DNA of 64,000 bases, taken from assembly GCA_003331605.1 (NCBI GenBank), contig QOPD01000005.1:4437-68436 (forward strand), given 5' to 3'. Positions 40,550 to 50,779 of the stretch are shown piece after piece. The notes under the pieces were generated by a model that saw nothing but the letters and a program-made list of their open reading frames with translations, searched no databases and was not told where the DNA came from. Both the position numbers and the translations under genes were made by a program. Positions within the stretch are counted from its first letter, which is position 1. The number at the start of each line of letters is the position of its first letter. The DNA is from SAR86 cluster bacterium (GTDB lineage Bacteria > Pseudomonadota > Gammaproteobacteria > Magnimaribacterales > TMED112).

Positions 40550-42613
40550 ATGAATTTATACAATAAATTGAAAATTATTTTTCTTCTAACAATTATCAAT
40601 TTTGTTTGTGGTGAAAATGAATCTGCTCTAGAAGAGCTTGTAGTAAAAGGAAAAGTTCTATATCAAGACCAAGTCAGTGCTTTAAAAACTCCAGTTCCGA
40701 TACTCAATGTCCCTCAAACTGTTTCCATCATTACCGATGAAGAAATCTTAAAAAAAGGTTTTAACAACATTGAAGATATTATTAGATTTGTTCCGGGTGT
40801 CACTAGCTCACAAGGTGAAGGGCATAGAGACGCAATTGTCATACGAGGCATTAGATCTACTGCTGATTTCTATCAAGATGGCATACGAGATGATGTTCAG
40901 TATTTTCGTTCTTTATACAACGTTGATCAATTAGAAATACTGCGTGGTCCTAACGCTCTGCTTTTTGGTAGAGGTGGTACTGGTGGCATTGTGAATCGTG
41001 TGACAAAAAAAGCTGTAACATCAGAAAACTTTACTCGTATGAATTTAGGGTTTAATACTTTTGGAGCGACAGACTTAGCAATAGATAGTAATCATATCTT
41101 AAGTATAAACTCTGGATTGCGTATTAACCTACATACCGATCAGCTGGAGAATCACCGTGATTATTTCTTTGGTAATAGGATGGGTATTAACCCTTCACTA
41201 ACACTAATTATAGATTCTGAGCTAACTCTTAACCTCTCATACGAATACATCAACCATGAAAGATTTATCGATAGAGGGATCCCTACGCTCAATGGTAGAC
41301 CAGATACAAACTTAAGAGACACTGTATTTGGCAATCCTGATTTTAACTATCACACCGTAGAAGCAGCTATTTATAGAGTACAAGCAAGCTATCAAATGTC
41401 AGATACATTTAAGGCAAACTTCAACCTTACAGCAAATAATTTTGACAAAGTTTATCAGAACATTTACCCATCAGATTACGATGGTAGTCTGGTATTAATG
41501 GACGGATATTTAGATCCAACCAAACGAGACAACCTTATTTTTTCTGGTAATCTTATAAATGAAATAAGTTCTGGTAAGGTTATTCATACTTTGTTGTACG
41601 GTATTGAATACATTCAAACCACCAATGAAAATTCACGCTTGGATGCATATTGGTCAGCAACACAGGACGATACTGATTTATTTTTTATTGCAACACCTAT
41701 CGATTTTTCTATTAATGGTGGCGGTATAGATACCTATTTAAGTTACTTGGCTCCTAATAGTAAAACTCATTCAAAAATAACTGTCTCTTCATTTTATTTG
41801 CAAGATCAAATAGATCTTAGCGAACGATGGAAGTTTATTGTAGGAGCTCGACTAGATCAATTTGATATTAGTGTTGATGATCTCATCAACAACACCTCAG
41901 AGAAAAAAAATGACAATACTATATCTCCTAGAGGAGGATTAATATTTAAGCCACAAGACAATGTATCAATGTACCTAAGTTACAGTGAAAGCTTTTTACC
42001 AAGATCAGGAGAACAATATAAAAAATTAAATTCCAGTGCAGCTCGCTTGGATCCCGATGTTTTTGAAAGTAAAGAAATTGGGATAAAGATACTCTTTAAT
42101 AATCAGTTAAATCTAACAGCTGCTTATTTTAACAGCGAGCAAATTAGAGCAGCTCGGGATAATATTTCTGGTGAAACATTTAACATCAGGGGTCTAAGTG
42201 TTGATGGTTATGAACTCGAAGTTAAAGGCGACATTGGACAAAAATTTTCATATGTTATTGCCAGTTACAGCTCATTAAATGGTAAAACCCAAACAGGAGG
42301 CACTCCTCGAGAAATCCCTGAATTTACCTTTTCTGCAAATGCCCAATACCAGCTGACAAACAAGTTCAATCTTGGTTTTGGTTATTTATCTCAAGGCGAA
42401 TCATTAATTATTGATGACAATGAGAATTTAACTTTACCTCAGTATAGCCGTCTAGATTTATCTGGTTCGTACAACATCAGCGATCGGCTTACACTGCGTC
42501 TACATCTTGATAATGTGCTCGATGAACTTTATTTTCCACATGCTCACGCCGTGCATCAAGTTAGCGTCGGGGAGCCATTCAACGCTCGAATTGTATTTAG
42601 CTATTATTTTTAG
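40550..42613 (+). CDS. TonB-dependent receptor (siderophore-receptor type)
   Basis: LEELVVKG (TonB-box-like), PQTVSII, LEILRGPNALLFGRG.TGG.VN.VTK, C-terminal aromatic residue (SYYF). Confidence 0.95.
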   Translation: MNLYNKLKIIFLLTIINFVCGENESALEELVVKGKVLYQDQVSALKTPVPILNVPQTVSIITDEEILKKGFNNIEDIIRFVPGVTSSQGEGHRDAIVIRGIRSTADFYQDGIRDDVQYFRSLYNVDQLEILRGPNALLFGRGGTGGIVNRVTKKAVTSENFTRMNLGFNTFGATDLAIDSNHILSINSGLRINLHTDQLENHRDYFFGNRMGINPSLTLIIDSELTLNLSYEYINHERFIDRGIPTLNGRPDTNLRDTVFGNPDFNYHTVEAAIYRVQASYQMSDTFKANFNLTANNFDKVYQNIYPSDYDGSLVLMDGYLDPTKRDNLIFSGNLINEISSGKVIHTLLYGIEYIQTTNENSRLDAYWSATQDDTDLFFIATPIDFSINGGGIDTYLSYLAPNSKTHSKITVSSFYLQDQIDLSERWKFIVGARLDQFDISVDDLINNTSEKKNDNTISPRGGLIFKPQDNVSMYLSYSESFLPRSGEQYKKLNSSAARLDPDVFESKEIGIKILFNNQLNLTAAYFNSEQIRAARDNISGETFNIRGLSVDGYELEVKGDIGQKFSYVIASYSSLNGKTQTGGTPREIPEFTFSANAQYQLTNKFNLGFGYLSQGESLIIDDNENLTLPQYSRLDLSGSYNISDRLTLRLHLDNVLDELYFPHAHAVHQVSVGEPFNARIVFSYYF

Positions 42614-42658
42614 ACAAATTTTCATGTGCTAATAGCTAAAAATAGATAAACTATTCAA

Positions 42659-43093
42659 ATGAAATTAAATTTTCCTCCAGTCATTTTGTTGCTTTGCTTA
42701 ATGCTGCAATTCCTATTAATTGGTATTGCTCCAATTGCTATACAACTATCGGTACTTATAGGACTTTTGATGATCTCTTTTTCCATATTTTTAATTATTT
42801 ATTCCTTCATCGAGCTAAAAAACCATGAAACTACCTATATTCCTGATGGTGAGCCTGAGCAATTAGTAACATCTGGTCCATTTGCCTATTCAAGGAATCC
42901 AATCTATCTTGGCATGTTGGGCATATTGCTATCGGTAGGATTGTTTTCTCAATCGCTATCATCCTTTCTTATACCAGTCTTATTTATTTTCATTATTGAA
43001 AATACCTGGATTAAACATGAAGAAGATAAACTAAAATCTTTGTTTGAAAAAGAATGGAATGAATATGTTTTAAAAACCAGAAAATGGCTTTAG
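42659..43093 (+). CDS. isoprenylcysteine carboxylmethyltransferase/PEMT-family membrane methyltransferase
   Basis: LVTSGPFAYSRNPIYLG, HEEDKL, W..Y...TRKWL. Confidence 0.9.
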   Translation: MKLNFPPVILLLCLMLQFLLIGIAPIAIQLSVLIGLLMISFSIFLIIYSFIELKNHETTYIPDGEPEQLVTSGPFAYSRNPIYLGMLGILLSVGLFSQSLSSFLIPVLFIFIIENTWIKHEEDKLKSLFEKEWNEYVLKTRKWL

Positions 43094-44526
43094 TGAAGCT
43101 CTTTCTCTAAGATTGATTTCCAAGCATCATACTCAGCTAAGACCTCTTTACTCTTCTCTGAATCAACTTTAACTTCCCTTGCCTTTGCTTGTGCTAGAAC
43201 ATCTTCTGAACAAAGGCCACTGGCAATGCCAGCCATCATAGCTACACCAAGTGCTGTAGATTCTTTGTTATCAGGTATCAAGACACTGCGATTAATTGTG
43301 GTTGCCAAGTGCTTAGTAAACCAATCATTTTCTACCATGCCACCATCTATTTTTAATTTTTCTACCTGAATATTATCCTTATTTAGGGTGGTAATAATAT
43401 CCTTAGTTTGAAAACTTATAGAGGCAAGAGCAGCTGTTGTAAGGTCATTTTTATTTGTATCTCTAGTTAAACCATGAAATGATCCACGAATATTTGAGTC
43501 CCAATAGGGCGCTCCCAATCCATTGAATGCAGGTATAAAAAAGACCTCATTACTTAATAAAGAATTATTAAGAAAAATTTCTGAATCTTTAGCGGTTTTA
43601 AAAAAATTCAATTGATCTCTTAACCATTGCGTAATGGTTCCTGCTGAATAAATACTGCCTTCAAGCGCATAATTAAGTTCTCCATTAAAAGCATAGCCTA
43701 TAGTAGTTAGCAATCCTGAAGATGATTTAATAGCTTCATTGCCAGTATTTACCATCAAAAAGCATCCAGTACCATATGTGCTTTTAAGATCACCCTTGTT
43801 GAGGCAATGTTGGCCAAACAATGCTGCATGTTGATCACCTAAAACGGCCCTAACTTCGATGTTGTTCATAGTCTCCAGGGCACCAAATGATGAATCAGAT
43901 GGCATGACTTCAGGCAATATTGAAGCTGGAATATCAAATAGCTCAAGAAGATCTTGATCCCATTCACAGGTATGTATATTAAAAAGCATGGTGCGTGAAG
44001 CATTTGTAAAATCTGTTTTATGTATTTTGTGATTGGACAGCTTATACATAAGATAAGAATCAACTGTACCAAATAAAAGTTTCCCCTGATTAGCTTTCTC
44101 CCGAGCACCTTCAACATTATCAAGAATCCACCTGATTTTTGTTGCTGAAAAGTAAGGATCTAGAATTAGGCCAGTCTTATTTAGTATTTGTTCTTTTAGA
44201 TCAGGTGAACCAATGCTAGAGCAGTATTGATCTGTTCTTCTATCTTGCCAGACTATGGCGTTATAAATAGCTTTGCCTGTATCTTTATCCCAAACAATAG
44301 TCGTTTCTCTTTGATTGGTAATTGCTGCATAGTCAATCTTTGAAGCTTGAAATGTTTTTATTGTGTTAGTAACACTTTCTAACAATTTCTCAGGATCTAT
44401 TTCTACCCAACCATTTTGTGGGTAGATTAAAGGATATTCTTTTTGTTTTGAGTCTATTACAGATCCATTAGTATCAAAAATTATTGCTCTTGAGCTTGTG
44501 GTGCCTTGATCAATTGTTAAAATCAT
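43090..44526 (-). CDS. glpK: glycerol kinase
   Basis: IDQGTTSSRA, TNQRETT, VWQDRRT, PYFSATK, TNASRT, GDQ, KSTYGTG. Confidence 0.96.
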   Translation of the reverse strand: MILTIDQGTTSSRAIIFDTNGSVIDSKQKEYPLIYPQNGWVEIDPEKLLESVTNTIKTFQASKIDYAAITNQRETTIVWDKDTGKAIYNAIVWQDRRTDQYCSSIGSPDLKEQILNKTGLILDPYFSATKIRWILDNVEGAREKANQGKLLFGTVDSYLMYKLSNHKIHKTDFTNASRTMLFNIHTCEWDQDLLELFDIPASILPEVMPSDSSFGALETMNNIEVRAVLGDQHAALFGQHCLNKGDLKSTYGTGCFLMVNTGNEAIKSSSGLLTTIGYAFNGELNYALEGSIYSAGTITQWLRDQLNFFKTAKDSEIFLNNSLLSNEVFFIPAFNGLGAPYWDSNIRGSFHGLTRDTNKNDLTTAALASISFQTKDIITTLNKDNIQVEKLKIDGGMVENDWFTKHLATTINRSVLIPDNKESTALGVAMMAGIASGLCSEDVLAQAKAREVKVDSEKSKEVLAEYDAWKSILEKELH

Positions 44527-44531
44527 CTTGT

Positions 44532-44801
44532 ATGAGATTAACAAAGATTTTAATTTTTTTCCTAACTTTAAACTTTATCTATAGTTGTGCTTCAACAGAA
44601 GATGCTTTGTATGAGACTGAACGGAAAGCAAAAATTGATAAACTTAAAAACGAATGTGATTTCGTATCTGTTGACTATATTGAGGGAGAAGAAATTTATA
44701 TCTGCAATACCAGTGGCTCTAGAATAAAAAAATCAACCACTCCACCAGTTGAAAATGAAGTAAAAGAAAAAGAGATTCCAGAACAGCCATCAAATGGATA
44801 A
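44532..44801 (+). CDS. small lipoprotein of unknown function
   Basis: MRLTKILIFFLTLNFIYSC lipobox-like; its stop overlaps the grxC start. Confidence 0.65.
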   Translation: MRLTKILIFFLTLNFIYSCASTEDALYETERKAKIDKLKNECDFVSVDYIEGEEIYICNTSGSRIKKSTTPPVENEVKEKEIPEQPSNG

Positions 44802-45024
44802 ATACACGATATATAGTAGAAATGTGTGCTCATATTGTGTCGCAGCAAAAAACCTTTTGGCATCTAAAAATCTAGACTTTATTGAAAAAAATATTGATCA
44901 ATCAACAGATTTTTTTAGCGAAATGCGCCAATTGGCACCCACTATGAGAACTGTCCCCGTGATCTTTAAAAATAATCAACTTTTAGGCGGATATACTGAG
45001 TTATTAAATACCTTTAATGACTAA
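44794..45024 (+). CDS. grxC: dithiol glutaredoxin (Grx3-like)
   Basis: IYSRNVCSYC, TVPVIF, GGYTEL. Confidence 0.88.
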   Translation: MDKYTIYSRNVCSYCVAAKNLLASKNLDFIEKNIDQSTDFFSEMRQLAPTMRTVPVIFKNNQLLGGYTELLNTFND

Positions 45025-46396
45025 CTTTATTTTTTACGATACAGAGACTACCGGTAAGGACCAAAGAGATTTTATCCAAGTCATTCAGGTAGCTTCTATA
45101 TTAACAAATAACCATCTAGAGCAGCTCAACGATATGGACCTATCTTGTAGACCATTGCCTTGGACTCTTGTTACGGCTGGAGCACTTTTAACCAATAAAA
45201 AATACGATACATTTAATAACCCAAACACTCACTACGAAATGACACGTGAATGGTTCGATGTTTGGTCTAAATGGTGCGCACAAGAACCGGCCACCTTTGT
45301 AACCTACAATGGTCTTTTTTTTGATGAAGAAATTATTAGACGACAATTTTATTGGAATCTCATCAATCCTTATATAACTAATACCAATGGCAACGCCCGA
45401 CTGGATTTACTACCAAAAATGTATGTGCTTGGTAAATTTTATGGAGATAAATTTACAATCCCACAGGTCAATAATAAGCCATCCTACAGATTAGAGCTGC
45501 TAGCAACATCACTCGGAATGGATACTGCCAAAGCTCACGATGCACTAGCTGATTGTATTTTCTTACTGGAATTACAAAAATTAATTAAAGAAATAGCGCC
45601 AACTTTTTACCAAGAAACCATCTCAAGCTGTAGTAAAACGAACCACAAAGAATGCTTAACCAAAAATATGTTGCATTTAAATGTTACAAGGTTTGGGAAT
45701 TACTATCCATTTACTGCTTTGTCTTCGAATACATTTGATCACCATGAAATACCTATATTTAATTTAAATTTCAATCCTCAAGATTACATTCATATGAGTT
45801 TAGGCGAATTAGAATCAGCTATTTTCAATTCTAAGGATTCTCCTATAAAGTGGGTAAAATTGGGTAAAACACAGTCTACTGTTACCTATAATTCTCTGAA
45901 AAATGACGATGTTGACTTGGTCCTGGATGATAATTATTTGATTCGCGCTGAACAGTTAAAAGACAACCAAAATTTTGTAGATAAACTCTTTGAACTCAGA
46001 ACTGCACAAGAAATGCCACATTACGATAATTCAAGTTATGAACAGCAGCTGTATTCAGGTGGATTTCCAAGCAAGGCAACTTACGATGCTTTCAACAAAT
46101 TTCATCAAGTCACAACATTAGATGAAAAGTTAAGGATTATTAATCTCCTTCCTGAACAGCGATATAAAGAATTTGCCTGGCGTATTTGCTCTCAGTTTAT
46201 GCCTGGTGATGTACCTCAAGATTTTATTCAATATTGTCATAATTTAATTGATCAAAGGTTTAATAAAGACGGTCCTTGGCCCGATGCTTCAAAAGAGTTA
46301 TCCAATGCTAAGGAATTGCTTAATTCTGTTACAGATCAAGCTGAAAAAGCCTGTGTTAAAGAAGTTATTGTTAATATTGAGAAAAATATTAAATAA
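45017..46396 (+). CDS. sbcB: exonuclease I-like DEDDh 3'-5' ssDNA exonuclease
   Basis: FYDTETTG (ExoI), YNGLFFDEE (ExoII), AHDALAD (ExoIII), EQQLYSGGF. Confidence 0.85.
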   Translation: MTNFIFYDTETTGKDQRDFIQVIQVASILTNNHLEQLNDMDLSCRPLPWTLVTAGALLTNKKYDTFNNPNTHYEMTREWFDVWSKWCAQEPATFVTYNGLFFDEEIIRRQFYWNLINPYITNTNGNARLDLLPKMYVLGKFYGDKFTIPQVNNKPSYRLELLATSLGMDTAKAHDALADCIFLLELQKLIKEIAPTFYQETISSCSKTNHKECLTKNMLHLNVTRFGNYYPFTALSSNTFDHHEIPIFNLNFNPQDYIHMSLGELESAIFNSKDSPIKWVKLGKTQSTVTYNSLKNDDVDLVLDDNYLIRAEQLKDNQNFVDKLFELRTAQEMPHYDNSSYEQQLYSGGFPSKATYDAFNKFHQVTTLDEKLRIINLLPEQRYKEFAWRICSQFMPGDVPQDFIQYCHNLIDQRFNKDGPWPDASKELSNAKELLNSVTDQAEKACVKEVIVNIEKNIK

Positions 46397-46453
46397 TTGA
46401 AACTTTTACTTAACGTTTAAAATTTTTTACCTATACTAAGCGTTGAAAAAATA

Positions 46454-48604
46454 ATGAAACAATTCAAAGGGCTATTTCTATTAATTCCATTCCTATTATT
46501 ATCTGATATTCAGTTTGATGGTTTAGTCGACAAAGATGAATGGCAAAATGCTGTTAGATACGACATTAATGTTGAAACTAGACCCAGCTATAATACACCA
46601 GCAGAACACAAAACCGATGCCTATGTCATGCATGATGAGTTTTATCTTTACGTTGGTTTTAAAGTTTATGGCAATAAAGAATTTATTAGGGCTCAAGTTA
46701 GATCACGTGATGGTATTTTCTACACCAATGACCACGTAACATTTGGTTTGGATGCCTATGGCGATGGTAGGTATTTTATTGGGTTTGGAGCCAATCCCTA
46801 TGGCAGTATCTTAGATTATAAAGAAGGTCCGATTGGAGAACCAGAACGCTCGTACAACGTAGAATTTGAAGCTGAAGCACAATTCACAGATTACGGTTAT
46901 GACGTTGAACTTAAAATACCATTTTCATCGATTAATTACGAAGATACAGACATTAAGCGTTGGAAGATAGCTTTCTATAGAAAGCTTTATAATAAGGGTG
47001 TTGAGTCTGGTTACCTTAGTCATAAAGTCATTGCTGGCAAAGGGTGTCTCATATGCCAATCGCCATACTTTTATGAATTAACCGATATTAGTCAGAAATC
47101 AAAAAAACGACTCATTCCATCACTAACAGCAAATTCTAGGTCTTTTAGAAATGATTCGGGTGCAATGGTCACAGACACAATAGATCCTGAAATATCATTG
47201 AATGGTATATATGAGGTAAACGATAATACTTTTGAGTTCACCATTAATCCAGATTTTTCACAAGTTGAAGCGGATGAAAGTCAGATAAACGTTAATTCCA
47301 CAACAGCACTGCGTTATCCTGAACGCAGAATCTTCTTTAACGAGGGCGCAGATTTTCTTAGAACAGATTTAGGTGCAGTATACACAAGATCAATCAATTC
47401 ACCCGATTATGCGTTAAAAGTATTTAATAGAGGAGATACACACAGCTATTATTTCCTTGATGCAGAAGATCAAAGCACACCTTTAATTGTCCCAGGAAAT
47501 ATGCGTAGTTATTCAGCTTTACTAGGCAAAAGTCATGCCAATATTTTTAGCTATAACTACAACAGAACCAACGGCCAATACCTTTCATTTTTGGCTACAA
47601 ACAGGGAATACGAAGAGGGGGGCTTTGGTCGAAATTACGTTTCTAGAGGCTTATTTATTCTTGATGATAAGCATGCATTCCGTTTTGAGCTAGCTCAAAG
47701 TGATACAGATGAACCTGTGAGTGATTTGATAACAACAACAGCTGAAACAGATAAATATACTTACCGTTTAGATGGCGAATCATTCAGCGGCTATGGTGGG
47801 TTAGTTGCATTTTCTCGAAGTACTGAAAATTGGTTTACATACTTTCAACGTGCTACAAAATCACCGGAATTTCGTACGGATTTAGGATTTACCACCGAAA
47901 ATAATTGGATTAGAGATGATTTGTGGCAAAGGTTTGAGTATAGAGGCACTGGTCTATTACGCTCAGCCAATGCTAGATTAAATGCCAGTGTATCTCACAA
48001 CTACGACAATCAACTTCTGCAACAAGAGTATGGCATTAACCTTAATCTTAATTTGGCCAACCAAATGGAATTTAGATTTGGGTATGAAAACAATGTCAAG
48101 GTCATGTTTGAAGAATACAATTTTAAAAACTACTCAGATTACAATTTCAATGCAACCTACTCACCATCAGGGAACTTTTATTTTAGGTTAGGCTATTCTG
48201 CTGGTGAGGGCATTGCACGAAATATCGATACTCCTTCTATTGGCGATAGAGAAAACTACAATCTAAGCACTCGTTATCAATTCACTGATGAATTCAATGT
48301 TCGGCTTCAATATCGATACAACTCACTATCAGATCAAATTACCAAAGAAGATTATTTTGCTGGTTATGTAACTTCGGTCCGTGCTACCTATCAATTCAAT
48401 AAGGATTCGTTTATTAGAGTTGTGCACGAATACAACGATTTTAATAATGATTCATATACACAAGCTTTGTTTCAATGGCAGCCAGATTCAGCGACAATCT
48501 TCTACATAGGCGGCACAATAAATCAAGAGGATATCGAAGGCACATGGGTTAGAGAAGGCTCGCAAATTTACATGAAACTCCAATATTTGTTCAATTTTGA
48601 TTGA
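46454..48604 (+). CDS. outer-membrane protein with CBM9-like N-terminus and DUF5916-like beta-barrel
   Basis: FDGLVDKDEW, INPDFSQVEAD, YPERRIFF.EG.DF; C-terminal QYLFNFD barrel signal. Confidence 0.85.
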   Translation: MKQFKGLFLLIPFLLLSDIQFDGLVDKDEWQNAVRYDINVETRPSYNTPAEHKTDAYVMHDEFYLYVGFKVYGNKEFIRAQVRSRDGIFYTNDHVTFGLDAYGDGRYFIGFGANPYGSILDYKEGPIGEPERSYNVEFEAEAQFTDYGYDVELKIPFSSINYEDTDIKRWKIAFYRKLYNKGVESGYLSHKVIAGKGCLICQSPYFYELTDISQKSKKRLIPSLTANSRSFRNDSGAMVTDTIDPEISLNGIYEVNDNTFEFTINPDFSQVEADESQINVNSTTALRYPERRIFFNEGADFLRTDLGAVYTRSINSPDYALKVFNRGDTHSYYFLDAEDQSTPLIVPGNMRSYSALLGKSHANIFSYNYNRTNGQYLSFLATNREYEEGGFGRNYVSRGLFILDDKHAFRFELAQSDTDEPVSDLITTTAETDKYTYRLDGESFSGYGGLVAFSRSTENWFTYFQRATKSPEFRTDLGFTTENNWIRDDLWQRFEYRGTGLLRSANARLNASVSHNYDNQLLQQEYGINLNLNLANQMEFRFGYENNVKVMFEEYNFKNYSDYNFNATYSPSGNFYFRLGYSAGEGIARNIDTPSIGDRENYNLSTRYQFTDEFNVRLQYRYNSLSDQITKEDYFAGYVTSVRATYQFNKDSFIRVVHEYNDFNNDSYTQALFQWQPDSATIFYIGGTINQEDIEGTWVREGSQIYMKLQYLFNFD

Positions 48605-48630
48605 ATGTATATTTAAAGTACACTAATAGA

Positions 48631-48918
48631 ATGTCCAAACTAACAAAAGAAATTACACATCTTAATAAAATGCTTGACTCGGTTGGTAGTGACTTAGGTA
48701 TTGATGATTTTAATCCAACAGAGTTTTCAATTTTCTTCGATATCATTCAAGAGATAGAGGAGAAGGGAAAATGTTCAATGCTTAAAGCAGTAGAAGTTTC
48801 AGGCAAGTCCCGTTCAACTGTATACAAAACCATTCGTAAGCTAGTACATAAAAATTTACTTTTGATAGAAAGTTCAACCGAAGACAAACGTTCTTTCCTT
48901 CTAAAACCACAGATTTAA
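48631..48918 (+). CDS. small winged-helix (MarR-like) DNA-binding protein
   Basis: SRSTVYKTIRKL recognition helix, EDKRS wing. Alternative TTG start at 48601. Confidence 0.8.
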   Translation: MSKLTKEITHLNKMLDSVGSDLGIDDFNPTEFSIFFDIIQEIEEKGKCSMLKAVEVSGKSRSTVYKTIRKLVHKNLLLIESSTEDKRSFLLKPQI

Positions 48919-49470
48919 TTGAATTTTTTATTAAGAGATAGCATCGTTGCTGGTTTATTTTATTTCACGACATTTTTTTTCTGGGTTACCTTAATTGTTC
49001 CTCTTGAACAAGATTTTTTACAAACAACTGGTAGCCTACTTTATTTGCCAGCAGCAGGCAGAATTCTTCCTGTGCTATTTTTTGGTATTAAAACAATTCC
49101 AGCACTTTTTCTATCTTCGCTAATTGCTTGGAATTTTTTTTGGCCCTATGAACTCTATGAATTTAGAAATTTAGGTTTATTTATTTCTTATTCTGCCATT
49201 TTAGTTGCTTGGGGAATATTTAAATACTTAGATGCTGAGATTTCGTTTGACAGCAAACTTAAGCTTAGTAACTGGAGACATCTAGTTCTTTTTATTTTAC
49301 TTTGCTCACTACTAAACGGTTTACTTGATGGCGCTTTCTATTCAACCGATGTAGATATAATCAATCCCCTAATATCACTTAGATTCTTTGTAGGTGATGT
49401 CACGGGAACAATATTTATACTGTTATTCTGTATGCTGATAATATCTGCGTTTGATATAAAAAGGAACTAA
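48919..49470 (+). CDS. stand-alone MASE1-like integral membrane protein, paralogue 1
   Basis: About 5 TMs; GSLLYLPAAGRILPVLFFG...GDVTG; TTG start directly after the wHTH stop. Confidence 0.65.
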   Translation: MNFLLRDSIVAGLFYFTTFFFWVTLIVPLEQDFLQTTGSLLYLPAAGRILPVLFFGIKTIPALFLSSLIAWNFFWPYELYEFRNLGLFISYSAILVAWGIFKYLDAEISFDSKLKLSNWRHLVLFILLCSLLNGLLDGAFYSTDVDIINPLISLRFFVGDVTGTIFILLFCMLIISAFDIKRN

Positions 49471-50024
49471 TGTATAAGGTTTTTGAAATCCTCAGTATTA
49501 CCGTAGCTTTTTATTTATTTTTATTTGTCATTTGGACTGTTTTTATTGTTCCAATTGAGCAATCGGTTGACGCTCTTGCTCTTGGTAGTCTTTTGTTTCT
49601 GCCTCATGCTGCAAGAGTGCTGCCCGTAGTGTATTTTGGACCTTGGGCACTGCTGGGAATAATTTTTGCTGAATACATTTGCTGGTTTTATATTTGGCCA
49701 TTTGAAATCTTTGATAGAACTGGAATGGGTGCCCTCATTAGTTCCTCTGCGATAGCAATTACTTGGGGTTTTTTTAAACTACTGGATGCTGAATTAAAAC
49801 CATTTGGCAATCTACAAAATACAAATTGGAAGCATTTAGTTATTTTTATTATTTTCTCTGCATTGTTTAATGGTCTTGGTAATGGTGCCTATTATCCAGC
49901 TTTTGGCGAGGGTGAAGCTGCACCACTGATTAGCATAAGATTTGTAATGGGCGATATTATTGGCTCGCTTGTAGTAATTTTTTTTTTAGCTATATTTAGA
50001 AAGGTAACCAAAGACTTAATATGA
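49470..50024 (+). CDS. stand-alone MASE1-like integral membrane protein, paralogue 2
   Basis: GSLLFLPHAARVLPVVYFG...NWKHLVIFI...GDIIG; collinear with the preceding ORF. Confidence 0.65.
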   Translation: MYKVFEILSITVAFYLFLFVIWTVFIVPIEQSVDALALGSLLFLPHAARVLPVVYFGPWALLGIIFAEYICWFYIWPFEIFDRTGMGALISSSAIAITWGFFKLLDAELKPFGNLQNTNWKHLVIFIIFSALFNGLGNGAYYPAFGEGEAAPLISIRFVMGDIIGSLVVIFFLAIFRKVTKDLI

Positions 50025-50779
50025 TAGAAGTTTGCAACTTATACAAATCCTTTAAAGCTGATACTGGTAAAAAGGGATTTTTTGGCACTGTCAAAGAGCC
50101 TTTCTTCGCCGTAAACGATATGTCTTTTACTCTATATAAGGGCCAAGTTTTAAGTATTTTAGGGCCCAATGGTTGTGGTAAAACCACAACCCTCCGTATG
50201 ATAGCAGGAATGCTAGAGCCGTCTTCAGGTACGGCTATTGTTAACAATATTGATGTTAGGGCTGATAAACATAAAGTAAAATCCAATATTGGCTATATGA
50301 CCAATAACACATCTTTGTACGATCGATTGACTGTAATTGAAACCATTAAGTTTTTTGCTGAACTTAACCAAATACCAGTAGTAACCTATAAAAAAAGAGC
50401 TGAGGAGCTATTCAGTCAACTTGATATGAATGACTATTTAAATAAAAAAATTGCTGATTTGAGTACAGGCATGAAACAAAAAACCTCAATTGTCCGAACT
50501 CTAATACATGATCCAGATGTGGTCATATTAGACGAGCCAACTACTGGCGTTGATATCACAGGACAATCAATCATTATGGACCTAGTCAATTCAATTAAAC
50601 AACAAGGTAAAACCATAATCTTTTCCACGCACCAACTAGGTGAGGTTAAGGACATAGCAGATAAAATTGTTGTTATGGCTAAGGGTAAAAAGTTGTTTGA
50701 TGGCACCACATCTGAGTATCAAGCAAAAAAACCGAACCATAGTTTCAATGAAATATTCACGGAGATTACTAATGGCTAA
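50021..50779 (+). CDS. ABC exporter ATP-binding subunit (NatA-like)
   Basis: GPNGCGKTT, LSTGMKQK, ILDEPTTG. Confidence 0.95.
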   Translation: MIEVCNLYKSFKADTGKKGFFGTVKEPFFAVNDMSFTLYKGQVLSILGPNGCGKTTTLRMIAGMLEPSSGTAIVNNIDVRADKHKVKSNIGYMTNNTSLYDRLTVIETIKFFAELNQIPVVTYKKRAEELFSQLDMNDYLNKKIADLSTGMKQKTSIVRTLIHDPDVVILDEPTTGVDITGQSIIMDLVNSIKQQGKTIIFSTHQLGEVKDIADKIVVMAKGKKLFDGTTSEYQAKKPNHSFNEIFTEITNG

